A DNA stretch of 35,102 nt. Origin: Octopus bimaculoides. Taxonomy: Eukaryota. The DNA lies in contig NC_068983.1 of the NCBI RefSeq assembly GCF_001194135.2, positions 77,765,964 through 77,801,065 of the forward strand, written 5' to 3'. Below, in pieces: positions 1 through 11,500 of the stretch. A model generated the notes under the pieces. The model worked only from the letters and a program-made list of their open reading frames with translations, did no database searches and was not told the origin of the DNA. Within the stretch, counting starts at the first letter, position 1; each line of letters begins with the position of its first letter. Made by a program: the position numbers and the translations under genes.

Positions 1-111
1 ATATATTAGTGGCTTTAGGATTAATTTAACCCTTAGTTTAACATAAGCGGTGCTAGTTAGCACATCCCGTACACATTAGTTATATAACTCTGCCTAATCT
101 AAATCTCTTAT

Positions 112-340
112 TTTTTTATTACCCACAAGGGGCTAAACATAGAGGGGACAAACAAGGACAGACAAAGGGATTAAGGCAATTACATCGACCCCAGTGCATA
201 ACTGGTATTTAATTTATCGATCCCGAAAGGATGAAAGGCAAAGTCGACCTCAGCGGAATTTGAACTCAGAACGTAACGGCAGACGAAATACCGCTAAACA
301 TCTCGCCTGGCGCGCTAACATTCCTGCCTGCTCCCCGCCT
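112..340 (-). mobile_element. tRNA-derived SINE, family B (Octopus-type)
   Basis: Reverse complement begins aggcggggagcaggcaggaatgttag, has B-box-like gagttcaaattcc, then core gcctttcatcctttcgggatcgataaattaaataccag and an A-rich end; same family recurs 7 more times in the window. Confidence 0.9.
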
Positions 341-530
341 AATCTACGGTGAGAAACTATTTGTAACTCTGATTTAGAATACTGCACACATTGAATTAAA
401 TCAATCCCTGACTGGATGGAGTACTTTTTTGAGAGTCCTATCTAAATTGTACAGTAAATTGTATGTGTTTATGTCTGTATGTATGTGTGTGCGCGCGTGC
501 ATATGCGTGTGTGTGTTCTCTGTGTTTGTG

Positions 531-532
<2 letters not shown>

Positions 533-569
<37 letters not shown>

Positions 570-614
570 ATATATATATATATATATAGAAAGAGAGAGA
601 GAGAGAAAGAGAGA
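533..614. repeat. compound microsatellite (CA)n-(TA)n-(GA)n
   Basis: Direct inspection; explains ORFs 429..827 and 463..666. Confidence 0.95.
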
Positions 615-978
615 GGTAGTTATACATATACATGTTCTGTCATATATAGAATATATAAATATATAAATATCTATCTGTATACCATAATGAATTTACCGAA
701 GCTTTCGTCCGAGAATAATACTTCCTATGGAAATACTGTGTTTCGCCTGTGGATAATTTTCCTCGTGATATTACTGTTTAAAAACACGAATATATCAGTG
801 TCACTCTGTGAGAATAAAAGACGCTAATTTTTGTCTCGGTGGTATTTGTTAGTAGTAAAGTTTAGTGCGTTGCACCACTTGTCATCAAATGTCCGATATG
901 TGAGTATCTTTGTCACACCAACCTTGGTGCACTTGAAACAATAAGTATCGTGGACAGTATTTACTAGTGGGATCAAAC

Positions 979-1530
979 TTCTTTCTTTCCTTTAACCCTA
1001 CAACGCGGAGTATAGGTCACTTATAATTGAATTCCATGTCGCATAATTTTTCGCTTCTGTACTTATACTCTGCCATGAATGTCCCTCTTTCTCTAGTTCC
1101 TTTAGTGTTGATCTACGCCACGAGTTCTTAGGCTTCTAACCCTCTTTCTATATCCATCCGGATTCCTTTGCAAAACACTTTTCGCTACATTTGGTGTGTC
1201 CTTTCTAATTGTGCTACCAATCCACTTTTTCTTAAATGTTTGCTCCCTAATCGAAACGTGATTCGTTCTTTGCAATAGCTCCATATTGCTTATGTGTTCG
1301 AGCCCTCTGATTTTAAGTATATTACGTAAGCACCTGTTGATGAATGATTGTATTTGCTTATTTGACTTAACTGTTGTTCTCCATGTCTCAGCCCCATACG
1401 ATAACACCGCTTTTACGTTAGTGTTAAAAATTCTTATTTTGAACTTTATTGAAATTACACTCGCGCTCCATACTTTTTTTAACAGAATAAGTAAGGTGAG
1501 GACCGCTTTCTACCTATTAAAAAAGTATGG
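979..1530 (-). mobile_element. RTE-clade LINE, 5'-truncated and 5'-inverted, with 13-bp TSD
   Basis: Minus frame 1482->1102 reads LKKVWSASVISIKFKIRIFNTNVKAVLSYGAETW...FINRCLRNILKI...NPDGYRKRVR, typical of the RTE ORF C-terminus; (AAAG)-type tail at ~979-990; TSD agtgggatcaaac at 966-978 and 1531-1543; 1481-1530 is the next-upstream RTE segment on the + strand (NRISKVRTAFYLLKK). Confidence 0.92.
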
Positions 1531-2267
1531 AGTGGGATCAAACACTGATAAAAAATAGAAATGGGGCTTACTGTAAAAATGCTTATGAAATACATTATGT
1601 TTGAGGTCTTTAGTGCGCTTTCAGCAGATGTTTCTTGTGTGAAAATCATATTAAAATTTATAAATATTTATCCATTTGGCAGGTCTCAAAATTACTTTTC
1701 TTTAAAGATTAAAAAAAGCAAAAACTTAGTTGCCAGGAGGTGCTACGAATTGAAAACGTTATTTATTTATTGCAGCAGTTGATGTGGAATACTTTTTCAG
1801 ATATAACAAACGTTATTGATTTTTTACAATTCATGATATCTTTATTATCTGTCTCAGACTAGTAAATAATGCAATACACTATAGTTTGCCAAATTAAATC
1901 TCCTATGATCCTCATGGCCGATACCATAATCAACGTCTTCATTACTACGTCACCACCGTCAGAGTTACCAGCAGCAGCATTATCCTAAAAAATACTTTAG
2001 ACGGCAGCAGATAATTTAAAAGACATCTGAAGCTTTCTTGTCATGAGAAGAATATTTTCATGTTATAAAACTAAAACGTCGTAGTTCCTCTTTTTTTTTT
2101 CTATTAGCATTTTGTTGTTTTGTGTTTCAACATCTTTTCTAATTATGTAAATAAGCTTCACTAAATAATATTTACTTTTTGTGCGGGAAAATGAAAGTCA
2201 TGCAACATGTTTAGTTTGATACCCTTAGAGAAGTAATAATATAAATGTCAACAATCCTGCAAACATA

Positions 2268-2370
2268 TATAATAATAATACTGAAAATAATAATGATAAC
2301 ATCACCTATGATAATAACAATAGTAATAACAACAACAACAACAACAACAACACCACCAACAACAACAACA

Positions 2371-2425
<55 letters not shown>

Positions 2426-2445
2426 TAATAATAATAATAATAATC
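2268..2445. repeat. compound (AAT)n/(AAC)n microsatellite
   Basis: Direct inspection; explains the poly-I/T/Y/C ORFs at 2211-2496. Confidence 0.95.
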
Positions 2446-3886
2446 ATATATCTTCTGGCAAACATGATTCCTAGCTAAAATAACCCACAATGACATTAAA
2501 ACATATTTAACAAGTAAAGTTTCTTGTTTTTTTTTATTACAGAATCCACTGCAGTCTACAACATGTTTATTTCTTTACTATTGTATTTGTTTTAAATATT
2601 GTCATCTGTAATGTTGTATTTTGCATTGTTTGCTAGTTAGTTTAAATACTTTTATTATCAATATAAATATCTCTCGTTATTATTTTCCATTGAAGCAGAA
2701 AACTAGGAAAACAACAAAGCTGTTGTCACTAATCTCATTTAAAAATTCATAAATCCAAAGTGATATAAGATAAACAGTAATTTTGAGAATGGATTGCTAA
2801 CTCAGTTTTATAATTAAAATCAATGTTTCATTTCACACAGAAGCATATTACTTACGTCTGAATCAAAAACATATTAAGCATGATAAATAGGAAACGTGTA
2901 TGAAAATATATCTTGATATAGCTGGAACAATAGACATGAGCTCCAAACCTTTGGAATATTTTGGCGTGTTTGTTTTTTAAAGTTATTTACTTATTAATTA
3001 ATTTATTCCTTTTCATATTTACATTCGGCTCATGATGTTTCTAGCAATTCAAAAAAAAAAAAATGAACAATTAGTTGTATTCTGAAGAACATATTCGTTT
3101 TCACTGAATAGTAGATTTCTCCAAGACAGCCAGCACGCTTCTCTTTATATTAGATGTATAAGTTATACGTTACTGCATGACGTATATTATGAATTCATGA
3201 TTTAGTACAAAGGTAGTCCTGAGGACACAGACAGCGAATATCGGAAATGAATATTAGAAACCTGTATTAAAAAAATTCCATAATACACTCTGTGTTATAG
3301 GGATAACAGTTTCATACTTTTGTTTTTCCAGTTTGTGCATCTAGGTTATGGATACTATAGAGATACCAGCAATCAATAAATATAGTTTTTATGAGTATAT
3401 TTTAGATATATCAAACCGGAGTGAAGCCATTGTATATCCTTCCACCAGCAATGTGGCACCACATTTCAAAGATGGATATGTTCTGGTAAACCAGATTACT
3501 AGGATACGCTTCAGAAGTATCAAGTCTTCGGTTTCTACACAACAGTCTGTCTAGTTCGTTTGACCCTAATTAATCTCATGTAGGCCATTATCCTCCAAGC
3601 TACACTTATTGAAATGTTTTATGTCAATACTGCAATCTAACGCTACCAGTACGTTAATTTTGTTGTAGTGTTGCATTTGATTCAAGTGAGTTTTATAGCT
3701 GTTATTGTTGACCACCGTGTCATCACCTATCGAACAGATCTTATTGGGTACCGAGTTCTAATCAAATGCATTCAAGCAGCAATCATCTCGTCTTTTTATG
3801 CATATTTAAGATTATATTATCTTTTTTTCTTTCGTAAGGCAACAGAATCTGATTTGAAACAAAATTGGCATGTATTTCTTTTCCAG

Positions 3887-4077
3887 ATTGAGCATCCAGA
3901 CAGTGGTTTCATCAAAGGCTAAATTATTCAGCTATTTGAAATCAGAAAATGTTTTAACCACAGAAAAAGTACAATGCCAATGGAGTTGTGTTTGTTATCG
4001 AGAATTCACAAACCAGTTCTGTTCAAAGAGAACTGTGTTCAATAGCGTTGCGTTGATAGGCATCTTGTCTCGTCTTC
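3887..4077 (+). CDS. possible internal coding exon, product unknown
   Basis: Acceptor tatttcttttccag at 3886, donor gtatgt at 4078, one open frame (LSIQTVVSSKAKLFSYLKSENVLTTEKVQCQWSCVCYREFTNQFCSKRTVFNSVALIGILSRL); no family recognised and no in-phase neighbouring exon established. Confidence 0.2.
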
Positions 4078-4651
4078 GTATGTATTATATACAGTTTCTA
4101 TTATTGGCACCAAGTGACCTGCAAATATATGATAGCCTCCATCTGCAAAACCAGAAATATATTAACATAACCTGATGTAATTTGTTTGTAAGTGCATTTA
4201 TGTAATATGAATTGATTAAAAATCATATGTAACATATATATTTAAAATTTAATGTCTGATATTTTTTATCAGGAATGTTGCATAGCAAACGTTTTCATCA
4301 TATGGAGGTCAATTCAAATGATGTACTTATTTCATTACAGAATAGTTGGAGCCATTATTGTTTTACTGTGGTTGCTGTTGTTGTAGTAGTTGTTGTTGTT
4401 GTTCAAATCTCGTCTAGTAGACCTATGTTTAAAGGCATTTTGGATAAGAATAACCAGACTTTTGTAAATAAAGTAATTCATAGGCAACTATTTTTTATCC
4501 AGTATAGTGATGCTATTGTCTACTATGTTTGCCAAGTCAAATGAATACTTGACGCTAAAGTTTTGGCTTCAATTTTTTTGAATAGTTGTCAGAGTGCCTG
4601 TAGATATATGCTTGTGAATGCGATCCTTCTTTATATATATATATTTTTTTC

Positions 4652-5887
4652 TTATTTTATAATAGCCTTTAATAAATAAATAAATCTAATTTTTTAACCC
4701 CTATAAATTCATACTTGTCTTATACAAAACAATACCGGTATCTCCACAAACGAATTTAATTTAATTAGATTATAGTTAACATGTTCTTAGTGCTCCTTTA
4801 TTAAATACCAGTAAAATCCAAATGAATCAACCTCCATAGATACCATCTAATATTTAAATAAATAATATGTATAAATATTAAACTATTTCTATGAAATTTC
4901 TTTTCCACCTTCTATTGTGGTAACATTTTGGTATATACTCAAAAGTATTCAAAGAAATTTTATTCTTTTGTTATCATGTCATCCTTAATAATCTTCTTGA
5001 CTACCCTAAATTTTAACTTTATACAATATGGCAATATTGTTTGCAATGGTCTTTTGAAATGACTTGATTTATCCCTTTTCTTAAAGTGCTCTGCCTTCTT
5101 CATCTTAGTATTTATAAGGGCCTTTATATAAGTAGCCCTTGTAATTAAGTACCCCTAGGAAACTATAAATATTATGTATGGAGTAACAATAATAACTTCT
5201 AAAACCTATAATATACCTCTTACTTTTAAAATTAGTATATAATTAGAATGTTCTATAAATCAATATTCCTTTAGCTAATACCAGCTATCAGTCTTTATTG
5301 ATACTAGCTAAATAAGTATATAAATAATTTTTAGTTTAGTATACCTAAAGTATTGAACATTTTCTATAAATCATCTCTATTGATGTAAATAAGGTATATA
5401 TACTTTATCATGTTTTTAGTGATTATGCTATTTTATTCTTTTTGTATGGTGTTCTGCTCTACCTGATTATTTTATTATTTTATTATTTTATAATAGCCTT
5501 TATTTATATATGAAATAATTCTAATTTTTGTACCTCTATAAATTCATACTTAGCTTATATAACACAATATTGGTATAGTCACTACTTAAAATAAACTGCT
5601 TAGATTATAATTAATATATAGTTAGCATGTTCTTTTACCTCAGTACTTCTTTATTAAATACCAGTAAATACTAGTTGACCAATCTTAACAGATACCATCT
5701 GATAAGTTAGTATTTAAGTATATAATGTGTATAAATATTAAACTATTTCTAGATAATTTCTTTTCCTCCCTCTATTGTGGTAAAAGTTTGATATATACTC
5801 AAAAGTATTCAAATAAAATGTTTACTCTTTTGTTAATAAACTTATGAATAATCCTAAATTTTAACTTTACACAATATAATATTGTTT
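4652..5887. repeat. diverged direct duplication (~390-405 bp units, offset ~830 bp) in a TpA-rich segment
   Basis: 4652-5042 aligns by eye to 5483-5887 through shared blocks ttattttataatagccttt, ctataaattcatactt, tttattaaataccagtaaa, agataccatct, gtataaatattaaactatttct, tctattgtggtaa, tatatactcaaaagtattcaaa, cctaaattttaacttta; patchy similarity continues to ~5092/~6012. Confidence 0.9.
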
Positions 5888-6480
5888 AAAATATTTTACT
5901 ATCGTACCACATGATAAGAGTTCCTCTGTTTCATTATCAGTGGTCTACCATTGACTTGCCTCTTTAATTGTCAGCTAACATCTTGATTTAAGATTTCCTT
6001 TACCAAAGTACGCTATATTGTATCAAATAAATCTTGATAGTTTTTTTATGACTATACCCACTGTGATTTTTGTCGACTACATCAGCCCTCTTCCTTGCAG
6101 GCACTACTCCTTATTCGTTTGGACATAGATATACAAAGATTTGATAAACTAGTCTATGCATTAAAACAGACCCCATAAAACAGGGACAAGCAAAATCGGC
6201 GACAAGCCTTTCTTCCTGATACCTTAGTAGCTTCTAAGCTGAAGTAAAGACAGCATGTTCATTGTCTATCGCCTTGCCTTCTTGGAGATTTTGGGTAAAA
6301 TTATACTAATGTGTCCATTTGTTTTAATTTAATTAAATGCTATGTCTTTATGCAGCTGACGCTTGCTCTGCATTTCAATTGATGTAATGATTGCATTGTG
6401 CAATTAAATGGAGATGCTTGAAATGATCGTGCTGCATTACCTTTGGATATCCTTGTTGATTATTTTGATATATATATAAA

Positions 6481-6637
6481 GAATGGACAAAAATTACTTT
6501 GGAAGCAATTCAAACTTTGTACGAGTTCATACCTCGTAGAATTCAAGCTATAATTACTGCTAAAGGCGGTCCAACCCAATATTACAATGATTTTTTTTAA
6601 TGTTGAGGTGTTTCCATTATTTTGTCCAACCCATTAA
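6481..6637 (+). mobile_element. Tc1-family transposon 3' fragment
   Basis: EWTKITLEAIQTLYEFIPRRIQAIITAKGGPTQY matches the Tc1 transposase C-terminus (..SIPRRIQAVIKAKGG.T.Y); followed by a TIR-like end ggtgtttccattattttgtccaaccc. Confidence 0.85.
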
Positions 6638-6899
6638 TATTTAGCTTATAAATTTAAGGCTGAGTTAGCGAAATGCTAAGGTGGCGGAGAGGAAGAAGAC
6701 GAATAAGAAAGAGAAAGAGAAAGGAGAATAAGAAAGGGATAAGAAAGGTGGTATGATAGTAGTAGGATGTTAAATGGTCAAGTGACCTAAAAGTGGCTCG
6801 TTATGGTTTATAGTAGTGATTGGGACAGTTTTTTAATGTATCGTTAGGAATCTCTTGAGTGTATCATTCTTAATATTTGCGTATGTGTTTGTGTTATTC

Positions 6900-7443
6900 T
6901 TAGGCCGAGGTGGATATGTCGTTTGTTGTAGAAGCGTTCAAAAGGGGTCTGTATTTTGTAATAAAGAGGGCCCCTTTACTAATTCGTTGGCTACAGGTTG
7001 TATCATCCCTGAATTGATACAGGGGAAAATTCTGAAGCTTGGGTTTTTGTTATGGGCGCAAATGTTGATGTGTTGGTTGAATGCTAGTATTCTGTTTTGG
7101 AGAATTTTGATCTGGGATCTCTGCAGAGCCATCCTTTTACGTAGACTGTTTTTTGTTTGGCCTATGTATTGCTCTTGACACCCAAAGCAGGTTAATGCGT
7201 ATATCAGGTTCTCCGAAGCACACGTGAAGCTGCTTTTCACTGGAAAACGTTGTGCCTGTCTGAAGGAGAACTCTGATCCCTCAATTAAGCTGACGCATAT
7301 CCCACAGTTGGGTCTTCCGCATTCTTTTACTGACGGCTTCTGTGTTGTTGTTGAGCGTATTCGGACTTGTGTTAGGAGACTTTTAACAGATTTGGATTGT
7401 CTCTTGCTCTTTATGATGGTATGTGTTTGGAGGATTAAGTTGA
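6900..7443 (-). mobile_element. Penelope-like element fragment (GIY-YIG endonuclease domain), one frameshift
   Basis: KECGRPNCGIC...FTCASENLIYALTCFGCQEQYIGQT...H..CAH is the PLE GIY-YIG with Cys/His zinc ligands; a one-base shift near 7020 restores the end FPLYQFRDDTTCSQRISKGALFITKYRPLLN. Confidence 0.92.
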
Positions 7444-8346
7444 CCCTTTTTGGATAGACTAATTTCACCCTTTTTGGATAGACCTGTTACTGGTAAAGAA
7501 AAATGGATCTTCTATCGAATTGTTAAACGTCGCAAAAAGTAGCTTGGTAAAAGGGAAACTGCTCAACCACAACCGAGAAGGGAACTTCATAGGAAAAAGG
7601 ATCTTCTCTGNNNNNNNNNNNNNNNNNNNNNNNNNNNNNNNNNNNNNNNNNNNNNNNNNNNNNNNNNNNNNNNNNNNNNNNNNNNNNNNNNNNNNNNNNN
7701 NNNNNNNNNNNNNNNNNNNNNNNNNNNNNNNNNNNNNNNNNNNNNNNNNNNNNNNNNNNNNNNNNNNNNNNNNNNNNNNNNNNNNNNNNNNNNNNNNNNN
7801 NNNNNNNNNNNNNNNNNNNNNNNNNNNNNNNNNNNNNNNNNNNNNNNNNNNNNNNNNNNNNNNNNNNNNNNNNNNNNNNNNNNNNNNNNNNNNNNNNNNN
7901 NNNNNNNNNNNNNNNNNNNNNNNNNNNNNNNNNNNNNNNNNNNNNNNNNNNNNNNNNNTGATGCTTCATCAGGACAATGCGTGACTCCACACTGCAAAGA
8001 TCACATCACAGACGATCGAAGAACTTGGTTGGGAAAAAGTTCCTCATCCACCTTATTCTCCCCACCCTGCAACTTCAGATTACTGTTTGTTTCGTAGTTT
8101 ACAGAATCATTTGGGGGACATAAGTTTCACAAGCCAGGAGGAGGTCGAAACTGACATTTCAGAGTTCTTTGCTTTGAAACCAAAAGAGTTTTACATTGAT
8201 GGGATTAAAAAGCTTGTAAATAGATGGAAGGAAGTCATAGATAATCAGAGAAAGTACATTGATGATTAAATTTCAATTAAATATAAAATTTGATCACTTG
8301 TTTAATTTATTCAAAGTTCGGACAAAACTTTTGGGATGACCTGATA
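7444..8346 (+). mobile_element. mariner (DD34D-type) transposase 3' half with right TIR, spanning a gap; inactive
   Basis: Before gap: SPFLDRPVTGKEKWIFYRIVKRR..ELHRKKDLL; after gap: HQDNA*..LGWEKVPHPPYSPHPATSDYCLFRSLQNHL..RWKEVIDNQRKYIDD*; TIR-like cggacaaaacttttgggatgacctga then TA. First catalytic D (TGDEKW) and the YSPDL Asp are mutated; internal stops. Confidence 0.92.
7611..7958. other. assembly gap (N run)
   Basis: N run. Confidence 1.
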
Positions 8347-8488
8347 TATATATATATATATACGATTAACTTTCAAAAAACTACGACGACAAGAATGATG
8401 CATTTCTGCAAATATGTGTAAATAAATTTGTATGTATATATAAACACGTGTATGTAAATCGATAGCTTGCTATTTTGCTATCTAAGTA

Positions 8489-8513
8489 GATATAGATAGA
8501 TAGATAGATAGAC

Positions 8514-8556
<43 letters not shown>
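8489..8556. repeat. (GATA)n microsatellite
   Basis: Direct inspection. Confidence 0.95.
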
Positions 8557-11500
8557 CATGCATATAACATACACTTATGTATACACACACGCACAGATAT
8601 ATAATGAATGTATGAGACTTGGCATGGTAAGAAACAAGAGAAAATACGGAAAATGTACATATGCGTCTTCCAATAAAACATTATCTATGTGAAGTGCAAC
8701 TGGGAATTAAAGCCATTATATAGAACAAGTCAAAATTTCATTACTGGCGAAAAAATGAAGCACTGAAGTCCCGCGAGTAATTTTGTAATAGTACGTACTT
8801 TTAGAAGAATGATAAAAATAACTAACTATAGCTTTTTTTCTTGTTTCTCCTGTTTCTGTAGAATTGATCTTCTCATCTAACTGTATCTACTGAAGCTTTA
8901 AATACCATATTTCTGGCAATTGACATATTTCCTCGCAGTTTGTTTTATTTGTTTATTGTTCAATATTATTTCCTGTGAGCTAATTAATATGTAATTAATT
9001 ATGGCTTTTAGTTCACTGCCGGAAACAATATTACGCTATGTGGATCAATTTTTTTTTTTTTAATTTTGAAACATCTCTCAGTCACAAAGATATAAATATC
9101 TACTAAACTCTAGAGTTTATTTTTTTCTATATTACCATATGGTAATATATAAATATTCGTATTTTTTCATATTACCATTATATAGATTTCAAATAAAAAA
9201 TAAATTCTTAATCTGAAAATGATTATCATCTAATTCCGTAATAACTCAGAAGAAATTTGACTTTCAAATATAATGCTACTGTTCATCTTTAGTTTCAGTT
9301 GAACTCTGCTTGAGCAGAAATATATCCAAAGACTTTTCTAGTCCGAAAACATACTTCGACTAGCCAAAGATGTTTATTTTTATTCTAATTTGTTTTATAA
9401 TAGTTAATAATACACAGCAGACCAAACCGTTTTCTATTTATTTCTCTTTAAAGCAATCTCACTGTACATTAGGTTATTTAATTCTCTAAAGTACAAATAT
9501 TACTTGTATATGCTTCCGGTAAGATATTTAAGCAAAAATAAAATAATGAAATAAAATAAAATAAGAATAAAAGCAAAATCATACAAACGTTAAAGAATGT
9601 TGAATAGTATTAGCTAGTTTTTGATTGTATACAAGTTTTTGAAAATGATTTGTAAAATATTCCCAGATAGATTATGTCTTTTCAATCCAGGCTATGTCAT
9701 TGTTATATATATACAGATACCATTTTAAATATTCATTCAAGCCACATATACATCCCCTAGTTGTAGTTTTGCAGTCAAAAATTAGAAACATGTTTGCGGG
9801 TAATACAGAGAAATGTGGCAGTGAAACCTTGATAAAGTCAAATAATGACATGTCATAATTTGAAACTATATAATTTCTAATGGATGTAATATCTTAAATG
9901 CCTTATATATTCAGAAGATGAGAAGTAATATAAATATAAATTGAAAATTAAACGAACTATATTTACCATTCTTTGAGACAGATAAGCAACGTACTTTTCA
10001 CTATTTTTACCGAATACATCAGGAATTATTTGAATTTGTAAGACACTGAGATTTGATAAAGTGGTTAAAGAAATAATGACGAAAATTAATATATTACATA
10101 GATTTTCTTTTTGTATGTCTATATAATAGGCATTGAAATGATGTCTTAAATATTTTACAGCAGTTCAATTACCCTTTCTGATCAAAGATTTGAGATTTTA
10201 ACAATATTACAATATATTGCTTTTATACAATTTTTACTTTTCTAAATTATTTGGACATTAGTAAAAATGTTATTCAGCAAGAGATTAATAAAGACATAGA
10301 TTTTTCAGATTACATTTTACACGACTTGATAGTTTTATTATGTGTGTTCTCTTCCTTTTAAAGGTTTCATATCGACACAAATTAAATCAGTATGTAATTC
10401 TAAGTTATTGGCTTTTAGTTCCATCTAATATTCCACACGTATATTAAATGACAGCAATGATGAATAATTCTATTCTTCATCGGTGATTTACAAGCTTATC
10501 ACTCTACAATTTTCGTCTCCACTTTAATCACCAGAAAAATAATCAAAATAAGAAATTTGTTATAAATCTTTTAATTAGATAGCATTCCAGGGTTGTTTCA
10601 TAAAAACGTAATAACATCAAAGTCATTTGCACAAAACCGCTCCCTCTACTATATAGTGGTGATCGTATTTATATTCATCAGTGGTGCTTGTATTTACATG
10701 CATGTAGGTATATATCATTCAAGATTTCACTGTAATCTTAGTATGTGTGGTTCAAATTTTACATCTTTAGTTCTCAGTTATCAAAGGACATAATTTGATA
10801 GCAGCACTTCTAAAGGCAAATATACGATTCTTCATAGATCGGACAATCCTCTCATAGTCAAGATTTAAAAACAAAATTATATATTTAACTATATCACACA
10901 TTTCTCCATTATTTTCCTAATAATAGAGAATTATTTGTTTCAAACAGCAAATATTAACCAGTGGTAGGCTTATTGTGCCACGCGGTTATATTGAAAAGTA
11001 GGTCTTTTGATGGTAATATTTTTGTATTGAAGAAAAGTAAGGATTCTACCTTATTTTATCATTAAAAGTTTGTGTGAAACATCAACCTTTTCACAAAATT
11101 AGGATACAAAGATGATCAATTCTCACACATACAAGTAGGAAATTCATTTTCAGCTACAGTTTAGAATTTGGCTTCTAGGGTTGGTGACAAAGCAGCAGTC
11201 GATACACACTATAATGTTAACACACTTAATTTACAGAAAATAGATATGACATGGCTATAGAAAGAATAAAATAAGACTTTATAGTTACGGTGCTTAATGT
11301 AATGAGTTTCCATCGAATTTTGAAATGAGTATTCAATTCGGATAAAGGCGTGTCAGATTCTTTCACTGGCACATGTCGTCTTCGCTCAGGTCTCAGGCGG
11401 AATATGTCCGATAGATTCTGATAAGGCTTGGCTTTTAATTATCAAGAAGACCCTTCAGTCAGCTTCCATATGCATTCTGTTTATAAGGCTTGGGTCAATG

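Noticed and set aside
690-780. Hammerhead-like fragments on the minus strand (..ggcgaaacac, ..ggacgaaagc)
   Set aside because: No CUGANGA core and no consistent stems.
429-827. 132-aa and 67-aa ORFs
   Set aside because: Translations of CA/TA/GA microsatellites.
2211-2496. Poly-I/T/Y/C ORFs
   Set aside because: (AAT)n/(AAC)n repeats.
3295-3312. tagggataacag, a motif of mitochondrial 16S rRNA and the I-SceI site
   Set aside because: Only 12 nt, with no other rRNA motif nearby.
3348-3554. 68-aa ORF / possible exon 3345-3485
   Set aside because: No recognisable domain; phase 0 end does not join 3887, and the 17-nt piece at 3669-3685 brings a stop.
4652-5887. NUMT or LTR/TRIM reading of the duplication
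   Set aside because: No mitochondrial gene or rRNA motif beyond an isolated tagcataatcact; no TG..CA ends, PBS, PPT or TSD.
7520-7997. Long X-containing ORFs here and at 19.7-20.3, 26.0-26.6, 29.2-30.3 and 31.2-32.2 kb
   Set aside because: Read through N gaps; artefacts.
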